Source: Strigamia acuminata
Taxonomy: Eukaryota
DNA length: 64,000 nt
Assembly (NCBI GenBank): GCA_949358305.1
Contig: OX442314.1
Location: 11,842,001 to 11,906,000, forward strand
Direction: 5' to 3'
Part shown: piece by piece, positions 48,478 to 59,485 of the stretch
Layout: each line of letters starts with the position of its first letter
How positions within the stretch are numbered: position 1 is the stretch's first letter
Made by a program: the position numbers and the translations under genes
Notes under the pieces: model-generated
What the model saw: the letters and a program-made list of their open reading frames with translations, nothing else
What the model was told of the DNA's origin: nothing
Databases searched by the model: none

Positions 48478-50306
48478 CGGGTTTGCTGCTTTTCGACGAG
48501 GATGTCTAGCCTTGTTCATTGTTTCGTGGCAGTGGCAGCGGCTTTGTACGTAGGTACGTTTGATTGTTTCGTGGCTTTGTTTGGTTGGTTTGTTTGGTTT
48601 CCATGGTATCAGCGCGTGCTTGCTTTCCTTTCATTGTGTGTGTTGGTTTTGTTGAGTTGTGCCGTTCATTTCCGTGCGGCAATCCGAGGTTGAAAACTTT
48701 TTTTAAAAAAGGTGTTTTCAGGCTACAATCAGAACAAACTTGTGCGAATAATGATAAAATGCGGTAAAACTGAGGTAGGCCTGTACAACGAGCAAAAACG
48801 ACGTGGAAACGAACTGTTAAGTATGATTCGAAATTAGGCTTAAATCAGGTTTTATGGATTGAAAGTTGCATCATGCTGTTTATTTGAAAGTGGGGATGTA
48901 AAATCCAACTCTCTACCTCCTTGTGGTCATCCCTGGGTCATGCTAAAAGAGAGCTCTGGTTGAAATAATGTTTGTATTTGTAGGACTGCACTCCATATGT
49001 AAGGGTGTAGCATTTACCAATGTCATGAATTTTGCAGTTTGACTTGCTTATCCATTACAATAATTTCACTTAATTGCTTTCTTGTCTTTTCCTTATCTAA
49101 ATGGTCACTTGGTAAACCCCCATTTCTTTTGCTGTTTCTTGAATTCAAAGTTGCCAAAATCCTTTTCCATTGAATTGTGTACTTGTTCTGCCGAGAAATT
49201 ACAATCTAATCTGTCACGTAATTTCGTCTCATCAGCACAAGGCGAGGTGTGTGCACATGCTGTGTTCGTTTTTCACGTTATTTAATTCGGTTTTGATTTC
49301 CAAAAGGTTGATTAGTTTCATAAACATGGGATTTACATTTCCGCAAATTTCTCTGCAAGTTTGAATTGGTATTTCTAAATGATTCATTTATTTTCTTACA
49401 TATGTTCTTTTGATATTGGCGACATTTTAGGCCTACTATAAGCCTAGTTCGAATTTTATTATTTTCTGTATTTTTTCAGTTATGTGGCGGTTGAGTATTT
49501 ATTTGGCAAGAATATTATTTGATGCACCTTTTGGAGCTTTTTGGTAGTTTTTGGTGGTTTTTCAAAGTTTGGTTTGAATTTTTCATTTGAAATTGAATTT
49601 GTCTTGTGTGTTTTCATGAATGAAACCTGGTTTTTATTTTCAAAGTAATCAGTAGCTGAGAGGATGGTCAAGGTTCTTGCTCTATTAATTGTAATCAATC
49701 GTTTCAAATGCTCTTGGTTGGACTTCTCTGGGACTGTGGAAAAATTTTCAGTCACCTTTTTTTGGATGACCCATGGAACAGGACTTGGCCAGCCAGGAGT
49801 GGTTATTTGTCTTCATCTTTGAAAAATGCCACGTTTTCTGTTTTATGATGTAAAGCATCAAAAAACACTATTGGAAACCCATTAGGTCATTTTGACCAGT
49901 CTAGCTGACGTTAAACTAAAATATTTGTAAACCTTTGAGAAGCTTTCACTTTTTTCAAAATGATTTTCTCCAGAGTTTCAAAAATCGTCATAAGATTTTT
50001 TTGCTGTTGGAAAACAACATGGTGGAAAGTTGTTTTCGTTTCTTGTGTGTTGAGTTTGGTTAATATCCAACTCTTTATTATCTCTTATTGGAATCCTTTT
50101 ATCTCTCTTTTTTCTTTCTTTCTATTTCCACAATTTCTCCTGACTGTGCTTGTGTTGGGTTGCTATAGAATAGCTAGCATCTTTGGCAACTGTAATGAAG
50201 TTAAATTATTTCTTAATTTCAACTTCTTCATATTGTTTGTGATAATTTCAGCCAATGGCACTCTTTTATGATGTTAAAGCGATACATGGACAGATAAAAA
50301 AGAATC

Positions 50307-52262
50307 TCAACAATTTTCATTCCTTTAAAACTTCTTGGGCTAACCTTCCGATTGTCTTTCTGTTTGTATTTATATTTCTTGTTCAATATTAATAACTTGA
50401 TCTACTATTGCCTTTCTGATACAAAACCCCAATGCTGGAGGTGGAGGTGGCGATCTTGTGATATAATATGTGATTGCCAAAAAGTAAAGATATATTCGTT
50501 CGATATAATTCAAAATGAAATGAAAGTCGCCGCGGTTCATTCCAAAGATTTTATTGATCACTGGCGCTTTCATGCAAACTAATGTATTTCGTCCTTGCTG
50601 TTGCAGATTACTTTTGGCTGATATTTCTTCTGGTTCCTTGAGTGGTGGAGCCATTAGGAATGTGCGGTTCTACCACGATTAAAAAACTAGAAAAAGGCAT
50701 GATTGATAGAATTACAATCCCTGAATTACAATCCCGGAATAAAGAAAATTAATTTCCATTAAAATTTAAGCTGCTGCTGTTGTTGTTGCTGGTGATTTCA
50801 GATAATGTTATGCGCCACTATGTTAGGGATAAGATTTTTTTGCTGTTGGAAAGCAACAACATGGTGTTTTCGTAAAACACATTCACACCTAATACGTATA
50901 CAATAGTTAAAATTCTGACTATGTACACAAATTTGTTTGTTGGAAAGTTGTTTTTGTTTCTTGTGTGTTGAGTTTGGTTAATATCTAACTCTTTATTATC
51001 TCTTATTGGAATTCTTTTATCTCTTTCTTGACTATTTCCACAATTTCTTCTGACACTGCTTGTGTTGGGTTGCCATAGAATAGCTGGCATCTTTGGCAAC
51101 TGCAATGAAGTTAAATTATTTCAGCCAAATGGCAGCGTTTTATGAAGCTAAAAACTCCACGACTCCGTTTAGGGACCTGTGTTTGTGCCAATTGTAAAAT
51201 CTTTTAACGGTAAAAGCAATTCCCTGATACATAAGCTTAGACAGAAAAAAAATAATTTTTCAACAATTTTCATTCCTTTAAAACTTCTTGGGCTAACCGT
51301 CCAATTGTCTTTCTGTTTGTATTTATATTTCTTGTTCAATATTAATAACTTGTTCTACTATTGCCTTTCTGATACAAAACCCCAATGCTGGACTGGCCAA
51401 GTGGCAGGTGACTCATGTGGGCACGTAAAGCTTCATTTGAAACTCAGAAAAAATGAAGACAAATAACCCATTCCCATTTGGGAATTCTACCTTTGGGATA
51501 TTTTTTATTCATTTGTTTATCGAATTTCTCGATGAGGTCATTTTCTTTGTTTGTGTAGGCATGGTTGCCAGACTGGACTAATGTATAATACAATACATAT
51601 GGTATGGTACAAATTCCAAGAAGATAAATGCATTGTTATCAGGAATGAATAGAATGAATGACAGGTTAGATCAATGGTCCACTAATAAAATCTTTTAACG
51701 GTAAAAGCAATTCCTCGATACATAGACAGAAAAAAAAAATCTTTCAACAATTTTCATTCCTTTAAAACTTCTTGGGCTAACCTTCCGATTGTCTTTCTGC
51801 TTGTATTTATATTTCTTGTTCATATTAATAACTTGATCTACTATTGCCTATCTGATACAAAACCTTCTCCAATTACGAAATGGTCTTAGCGTACGTAAAT
51901 GCCTTATGTGGGCGCGTAACGCTTCTTTTGATACTCATATACAATTTTTAAGCAGGAATAATATGTACTCCCACTTCGGTATTTTGCCAGACGGGTATTT
52001 CTTGCTCATTCTGTTGTCAAATTCATCAATCAGATCGTCGTCTTCGTTAGTATAGATGTGGTTGCGACCCCAGAAAAATTTGACCAAAGCTTAAAAGCAA
52101 TTCCCCGATACATAGACAGAAAAAAAATAATCTTTCAACAATTTTCATTCCTTTAAAACTTCTTGGGCTAACCTTTCGATTGTCTTTCTGCTTGTATTTA
52201 TATTTCTTGTTCAATATTAATAACTTGTTCTACTATTGCCTATCTGATACAAAACCCCAATG
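50307..52262. repeat. Four copies of a ~125-bp segment (~50307, ~51260, ~51744, ~52135) defining a tandem array
   Basis: TCAACAATTTTCATTCCTTTAAAACTTCTTGGGCTAACC...CTGATACAAAACC is repeated four times. Confidence 0.9.
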
Positions 52263-52561
52263 CTGGACTGGCCGGGTGGGATATTGGGAATTTCCTTGTG
52301 GCTCGGTATAAATTTGTTCCCGTGGCCCGGCCTATCCAGATTTCCCGGTACTAAATTTATTTCCAGTCCAGCACTGTTCCACAGGCGGAATAACTGCCGC
52401 CTCCACCACGGAATTGTACCTCGAGGATACTCATTTCTCATTTGCTTTCCAAAGTCTTTCAGTGCTCTCTTGGTCTTGCTATAAACGTAACATCGGGTGA
52501 ACACAAATAATACGGCAATGGTTCCAATTAAATAAAGCAATCCCTTCAACATTTGGTACAT
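52217..52561 (-). CDS. Small putative membrane-anchored protein (114 aa), member of a tandem micro-ORF family
   Basis: N-terminal hydrophobic stretch; the motif F..QM...YP.G.IP.W is shared with degenerate neighbours at ~51935-52090 and ~51445-51575. Confidence 0.45.
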   Translation of the reverse strand: MYQMLKGLLYLIGTIAVLFVFTRCYVYSKTKRALKDFGKQMRNEYPRGTIPWWRRQLFRLWNSAGLEINLVPGNLDRPGHGNKFIPSHKEIPNIPPGQSSIGVLYQIGNSRTSY

Positions 52562-52806
52562 TTGCTTAGCGAGCTTGCCCCAAAATAAAAATAATTAGCA
52601 TGCAAAATGAAAAAGGTATCAAATGGGGAAATCGACTTTTTTCCTTTTGACAAGAGCATGTAGTTTCATTCAATTTGCGCGAGTTATTCTTGCCAGGGAC
52701 ATTGAATTCGTAGCCAAAAAATTTACGTGCTCAGAGGGAAAAATCAAGAATAGCTTGAAGATAACAAAGACTTAATTTATTTTAAATAAAAAAAAAACTT
52801 TAGACA

Positions 52807-53340
52807 TCAGAAATCCAACTTGAGGGGAAAAAAAACCAGATTCGACTGTTGTGTAGGGCACTGTTGTTCGTTGTTGCGACACACATTTGATTTTACTTTC
52901 TTCTTTTTAGGTGTTCGGGTGGTTGTAGGATCTTCTATGTCTCTCAGTAAATGCATGCAAGGTAAAGGGAGATGATTTTCCTTCTTGCACATTCTGCACG
53001 TCTCCCTCAAACATACAGTAAAGGATTTTCACAATAAAAAACCTTGCTGTCGTTGACCACTAGCATGCGAAAATGGCAATACCGACAAGATTCTGCTCGT
53101 TTAGTTTGTTCAATCAGAAATATGGAGTAAATTTTCGGAGATAGCACTGCTGTTAGAACTGTCTCGGGATATTCTTCGGCACAGTCTACGTGTGAACAAC
53201 CAAACAGGCTGATATGCTGGTTTACGAACGCAATTGCTTTGCCTCGTATACATGAACAACATGTTCTGTGTCCGGCATTACACTGTAGGAAGTCATGATT
53301 CAATAGGTTTTCCTCGTGACAAACGCTGCAGACTTGCTAA
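52807..53340 (-). pseudogene. RNF216-like RING1-IBR (RBR E3 ligase) fragment, intronless, frameshifted
   Basis: CSVC..QCNAGHRTCCSCI..CSHVDC..ESCRYCHF..VFYCENPLC/RETCRMCKKENHLPLPC; frameshift near 53007. Confidence 0.75.
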
Positions 53341-53818
53341 ATTGACTTCCTCCAAACGCTCTAGTTGTTTGCATTGCATGTATTCATTTATTCTTTCTCT
53401 TTCTTCAACGTAAAACTTTTCATAGAAAAATCTTCTGTTCGTTTAACTTGATTTTCTGAAGTATTCATCGATGATGGCTTCGATAATAACTTTGCAGAAC
53501 TTTTGAATTTCAGCTGCTGGCGACTGTTCTAGAAGCACTTGGCGACAGGGGGCCCCAGACCAATGAAATTACAGATACAAACCAGGAATGACTAATGCAT
53601 ACTAACCATATTGCAACTAAGTAAGTGTCAAATTTTCTACCACTTTGAAAAAAATCAATTTAGGTGAGATTTGTAGGGAGGAGGGTCAAAGAAGCGTTGT
53701 CTCCTCCTTTTTTGAAACACCATTCCCCAAGACCTTTTGAATGACTCGAGAGCGATTGATATTCAACGTTCAACGTGATTTTCTGTAAAGTATTCATCCT
53801 TTATCACTTTAGTTATAA

Positions 53819-54074
53819 CAGCGGTCGGCAACTGGCGGCCCGCGGTCCGAATACGGACCGCGGAAGGTCGAAACTTGGACCGCCAGATATTTTTTATTGT
53901 ATATTTTTTTGGTGTTTTTGATGTTTTTGGGTGTTTTTTTGTTTTTTTTGGTTTTTTTTGGGTGTTTTTGATGTTTTTTGTGTTCTTTTTGTTTTATTTT
54001 GTTGTCTTTTTCTGGCCCTCGATAAAAATTTTTAATTTTTCCGGACCCCACTTAAAATTACTTGCCGACTCCTG
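53819..54074. mobile_element. hAT (Charlie-like) MITE
   Basis: TIRs CAGCGGTCGGCAA / TTGCCGACTCCTG; perfect 8-bp TSD AGTTATAA. Confidence 0.9.
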
Positions 54075-54199
54075 AGTTATAACCTTAAAAACTTAAAGAT
54101 TTCTTCCTTTGAAAACTTTGTTCTATCCACCGTCGTCACCGGCAACGACTGGCCGACTGTTCACATTGGGTCATATTGACCAGTCTAGCTGTTCTAGTG

Positions 54200-55851
54200 T
54201 GTGACGATGACCTTTCGATGACGCTATCCGCTCAAAATGTGTATTTTGGCATAACAAGCTAGTCTATCTATTCAGTAGTTGAGAGATAGGATTGACAAAA
54301 CCTAAAGTGTGAACTGGGTAAAATAATGACACATGCGGTTATCAAGACATAACATGTTTAGTTATACATTAACTATGCCGACAATTGGCCGTATAAATGG
54401 GTCGATTAACTATACATACAGTCGCCTAAACGGCGCTATGATAATATCAAGTCGGTTTCATCGGGTGGGTAAGATGTCGTCTGAATCGGTTGATTATTTG
54501 GTCCTAATTGTACATCGGGGTCTGGTTCAAATCTATAATGAAAAGGTTAGTATCCGAGGACTTCCGGTTGACGGTATCTGCATCGCCACAAACTTGGGGC
54601 GGTTATTGGTTTAAATGGCTTGTGAGAGCCATTTACCAATTGACCTCTTATAAATGTTTTAAGACATTTATAATTGGTGTGATACGTCAAATTGGTTCTT
54701 CATACGAGAGTAAACTGTTGCGAGTTTACAATCATAACTTCTGGTTCCGTGTAATGGATGTATTTATTAGAGTATTACTTTTCAGTAAATACTCGTAATA
54801 ATTCTGCTTACATAAAGTTGGCAATTTAGCTACACATTTACTGGCAAGTAAATGCTAATGTAGCTAGTCTTCAGTTTTGTACAGTTCTGGAAGAAGTATC
54901 CGTGTTTATGCACAATGTTGAGTTGTGACATAAACTAGCTGGGGATTTAATCTAACTAAACTTTTCCGAGTTTAGTTATTTCAACCCTAATGTTACATTT
55001 TCGACACGCTGTTCGGCAGCCGTGGTTTACTGTAACTGGCAGGCCTTGTGGAACACTTGTTGAATTATATCCGGCCCGACGGGATTCTTACTACTCATCG
55101 CCGCGACCTGATCTCCTCACGGCCACACAGCCGTCATCGGGCACCCGGACATGGAGGCATCATATCACCCATCTCCACGTCAAGTGTACGCCGTATGTAT
55201 GTTCTCATAGGCCCGCAGTATAAGGGGCATTGGCTGCGCAATCAACAGGCAAGCTTGTGTTTGCGCAATCAACATAACACCGAAGTAGTAGAATGGGCTC
55301 AAGAAAACATATAGTCAAAATATCTGGTCAAGAGCGAGCTACTTCCTGTTGCGAGGAAGTATATACTCGGGGAAAACAATAGCTTGGCCATTGCTCCAAT
55401 GAGAGCAATGGTCCTGCAAATCCCCCCAATCACTGGTCCAGGTGATGGGATACTCAGGACACATTTTCAGTCCAGGTGGTCATCAGGGCAGACCATAGCT
55501 CTCTGCTAGGTCGGGACAGGAACTGGATAGCGAGGAACACTTTTGGATTAAGTCTTTCAACTTGATCCGCGGGGGTCCACGCTTGGAGCAGGTGCGAGGG
55601 GAAGATTTAATCCCCTAGGCCTAGTTTTGGGGTAACTTTGCAGAGTTACCACAAAACAACCTAATATCTATATTTATTGTCATAAACATAAGATAACGTT
55701 GATTCTCTGCCTTAAAATCACATAAAAGTTGTATTTTATGTGGTTTTACGTCAAGTGACAAATTCTATTCGAATTTGCCGCTTTTGGTCGTCAGCGCCAT
55801 CTATTGGCGTAATTTGTCGCTATATCGATGAGCGACTGCATGATCGTCATA
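54200..55851 (-). mobile_element. Solo LTR (~1.65 kb) related to the LTR at 59486-61141
   Basis: Termini TGTGACGAT..ATCGTCATA; 4-bp TSD AGTG; interrupts a repeat that is contiguous at ~49880-49920; shares AATAGATGGCGC..GCGGCAAATTC and CCGAGTATA..CAACAGGAAGTA blocks with the other LTR. Confidence 0.75.
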
Positions 55852-56088
55852 AGTGTTAAACTAAAATATTTTTAAACCTCTGAGAAGCTTTCACTTTTTT
55901 CAAAATGACTTTCTCCAGAGTGGCAAAAATCCTTATAAGATTACAAATGCAAGAAAATGTTTTTGCTGTTGGAAAACAACAACATGGTGGAAAGTTGTTT
56001 TCGTTTCTTGTGTGTTCAGTTTAGTTAATATCCTACTTTTTATTGTCTCTTATTGGAATCCTTTTATCTCTTTCTCTTGACTATTTCC

Positions 56089-58588
56089 CAGTGTTGTATC
56101 GAACTAGAACTAATAGTTCGCGTTCGCGAACTTAGTTCGTAGTTTGCGAACTATGAACGCGAACTAGTTCCCCGTTTTTAAAGAACGTGAAAAACGAACA
56201 AAGTTTGTTTTTTTGACGCGAACTACGTTCTAGTTCAGTTCTAGTTCGTTCACCGGACGTTTTTCAAAAATCGACAATGATTGGCTGAGACCAAAAACGT
56301 TTTTTGGTCTCAGCCAATCATTGTCGATTTCTTTAATATTAAGGCGGATTTGCAACAACAGTTTGCAAATTAATTCTTGAGACTCTGTATCGTAATATGG
56401 AAGCTGAAACTGTGGACTTGACCGAAATTTGTAAGAAACCAGTATATGACGGTACATTTTTCCTTTGCTTGTCGTTCAATGGGAAGAACTTTTTTGCCAA
56501 ATGTGTTATTTGCGAAAAGTCGATTTCGGTAGCAGTTGGAACCACTGCTAATTTGAAACGGCATATTACCACTAAGCATGGGGCTCGATTGGAGGAGTTT
56601 ATCAAACACACGAAATCAATTACGCCTGCGCGAAAACAAAAAGCAGTTGAAGTTGATCCGGAATCGCACGGCAGCCAGAGAACTCTGAATTTCCCCATTT
56701 CAGATCGAACTTCTAATAGTCAAAAGAATTGTGAAGAAGCTGTTATTCGTTTCATCATCATGCGTTGGCAACCTTTGCGATTAGTTGAAGATGATGAGTT
56801 TCGGCGACTTCTTAAAACTTTTAATCCGACGTATAAACCAATGAACCGTGTAACACTTGTCAAACGAATTTCGGATAAGTACGATCAAATATTTGACCAG
56901 TTGAAAATTACTCTGGAAGCACTTGATTACGTATGTACGACAGCAGACATCTGGACCTCTCATCGTAAAAGCTTTTTGGGGATGACCGTTCACTGGTTAA
57001 ATGAAAATCTCGAAAGGAAATCAGCCGCAATCGCAGTTCAACGATTCACAGGAGCGCACAACTATCTTGAAATAGCCAGAAAATTGGTTTCAATTTACAA
57101 CAAGTACGGCCTGGATCCATCGAAAGTTACGAAAACAATAACCGACAATGCCAGCAACTTTGTCAAAGCATTTCGGTTGTTTGAACACACCGAGTCCGAT
57201 CCGGAAGAAGTTGAAGATGAAGATGAACCGATCATTCTTCAATCGGTTGGAGATATATTGACTGGGCCAGAATCTGTACCCGAAGTAGACAGTGATTTCG
57301 ATTTCGATTTAGATTTACCATCGCATCTCCGCTGCAGTGCACATTCGCTCAACTTAATCGCTACAACGGATGCTGCTACAGCCTTAAAAACGAACGCATA
57401 CAACAGTGCAATGTCCAAATTTCAATCGATTTGCAATAAGATGAATCGTAGCGCACAGGTAGCTGAAAAACTACATGAACTTTGTAATCGTTTCATTCCA
57501 ACACCCGGAATCACAAGATGGAATTCGTATTTCGACAGCATTTCTGTTTTTATCTCGCTGGAATCCAAAGTACCGAGTATCTGTGAAATTACGAATGTTG
57601 ATGTTTTCACAAATCCAGAATTAGATTTTCTGAAAAGCTGGTTGCGTGTGATGCGACCTATTGCGATTGCTCTGGATCTAATGCAAGGCGAAAATGCGTA
57701 CTTAGGAATACTGTTGCCCACTTTAAAAGGCATCCAAGTTAATCTGTTAAATTTACAGAATTTTTTACATTCCAATGATGTGATTTTACATCTTGTTGCT
57801 GCTCTTTTGAAAGGACTGACTAAGCGATACGACCATTTGCTTAATTACATCGATTCCGACGGACAGATAAAACGTAATTGTTGTGAGTACATTCTTGCAA
57901 CGTGCTCATTGCCGAAATACAAGCTAATTTGGGAAACTAACCTGATCAAACGAGCAAAGTGCAGAGAACTTCTTTCGAACGCAATGACACAGTTCAATGC
58001 ACCTGCATTAACATTACCCAACCAATCTTTAAGTCAAGATCTAGAACCAGACAATTGTCTTGATTATTTCTCTAATGGAAGTATAAATTCTGAGACCGAT
58101 GCGGTTGAGGACGAATTGAGTGGCTACTTAAGTAATCGGAGTTCGGAAGTGTCATCTCTTTTTAACTTTCCTTTGGTAATGAAAGTATTCAGAAAACACA
58201 ACACGGCAATTGCATCATCAGCCCCCGTCGAGAGGCTTTTCAGCCGAGCAAGCTTAGTCGCAATTCCTAGGCGCAGCTTATTATCAGACGAAAATTTCGA
58301 CAATTTAATTCTTTCAATGATAAATTTATTAATTTAATAATTATTACAGTAAATTAATGTCTTATTCCAATATGAAATGGTGTAAATAAAAATTTGAATT
58401 CAGAAAAAAAAAGCCTGTAAAGTGAACTGAACTAGAACTGAACTAGAACTGAACTAGAACTGAACTAGAACTTAGTTCACTTTGAGATTTCGGGGTGAAC
58501 GGGAACTAGAACTAGTTCCGTAAATTGAAAATGGTGATGAACGAGAACTAGAACTAGTTCGCGATTTAGTGAACTAGATACAACACTG
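56089..58588 (+). mobile_element. Intact autonomous hAT DNA transposon
   Basis: Perfect 12-bp TIRs CAGTGTTGTATC/GATACAACACTG; perfect 8-bp TSD CTATTTCC; GAACTAG subterminal repeats. Confidence 0.97.
56397..58337 (+). CDS. hAT transposase (646 aa)
   Basis: BED finger (CVIC..NLKRHITTKH), TADIWT, TDNASN, CSAHSLNL, TRWNS, SSAPVERLFS. Confidence 0.96.
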   Translation: MEAETVDLTEICKKPVYDGTFFLCLSFNGKNFFAKCVICEKSISVAVGTTANLKRHITTKHGARLEEFIKHTKSITPARKQKAVEVDPESHGSQRTLNFPISDRTSNSQKNCEEAVIRFIIMRWQPLRLVEDDEFRRLLKTFNPTYKPMNRVTLVKRISDKYDQIFDQLKITLEALDYVCTTADIWTSHRKSFLGMTVHWLNENLERKSAAIAVQRFTGAHNYLEIARKLVSIYNKYGLDPSKVTKTITDNASNFVKAFRLFEHTESDPEEVEDEDEPIILQSVGDILTGPESVPEVDSDFDFDLDLPSHLRCSAHSLNLIATTDAATALKTNAYNSAMSKFQSICNKMNRSAQVAEKLHELCNRFIPTPGITRWNSYFDSISVFISLESKVPSICEITNVDVFTNPELDFLKSWLRVMRPIAIALDLMQGENAYLGILLPTLKGIQVNLLNLQNFLHSNDVILHLVAALLKGLTKRYDHLLNYIDSDGQIKRNCCEYILATCSLPKYKLIWETNLIKRAKCRELLSNAMTQFNAPALTLPNQSLSQDLEPDNCLDYFSNGSINSETDAVEDELSGYLSNRSSEVSSLFNFPLVMKVFRKHNTAIASSAPVERLFSRASLVAIPRRSLLSDENFDNLILSMINLLI

Positions 58589-58779
58589 CTATTTCCACAT
58601 CATCTGGTCGTCCAGGTACAAGGATAACTGTTTCTTGATGTGTCACAAGGCCACGAAATATGACTTTTTTCTTTACAATCCCTGTATAAAGAAACTTAAT
58701 TTCCATTATTATTTTATTTATAATTCTTTTTTATATATTTTTAAAATATATAAAAAAAACTTTTTTGGTGCTTGAATCC

Positions 58780-59060
58780 AAATACCTCAGGCAGACGTGC
58801 AGGTAAAATAATATTTTACCTGCACGTATGCCTTAAGCATTCCGGATTCAAACACCAAAAGTTTTTCCCTATCACGTTCGTCATTATTGTCGAGAAGGAA
58901 CATTGAGGACAAGACTCCACATTAGAAATGTGCGGTTCTTCCATGATTAAAAAACTAGAAAAAGTCATGATTGATAGAATTTCTTGAAGTTCTACTGTCG
59001 AGTATTGTCCTCGACCATCAGGAAGTAGGCACTCGATTTGACAGTTTCCCCTGGTCACTT
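58780..59060 (-). pseudogene. Second RNF216-like IBR fragment
   Basis: ESCPQCSF..FWCLNPECLRHTCR followed by a stop; a piece of it is also copied at ~50656-50712. Confidence 0.7.
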
Positions 59061-59485
59061 CGGCGGAACCAGTGGTTGTTTCTGCACTTTCTCAAGTCTT
59101 CTTTGAGTAAATCTTCTTTCTTGCACATAACTTTTAACGTGTGTTTTATATAAAGCACATTCGATTCAATCTTTTTCATTAAAGTGATCGTCTAAGTTTG
59201 GGTATAATTTCAAGAATGATTCCACTCCGAAGTCCCTGCAATTCAAACACGAACAAAGCGGTAAATATTTTCTCTATAATCTTTCCTCCTCTTATTAATT
59301 TTTTAGCATAAAAAAACCTGTCTTTTGGGGAACGTTTGATGGAATCCATAAATACACTGGAAAAGTGCAGTTAATTAAAGAATTGTAGTTGGCAGCAAAA
59401 AGAGGAGTTGCAGCGAATTAAAGTTGTAAAACGAAACGAACATATTTACTTTCATTAGAATACATGAATAACAACAAGAACAGCT

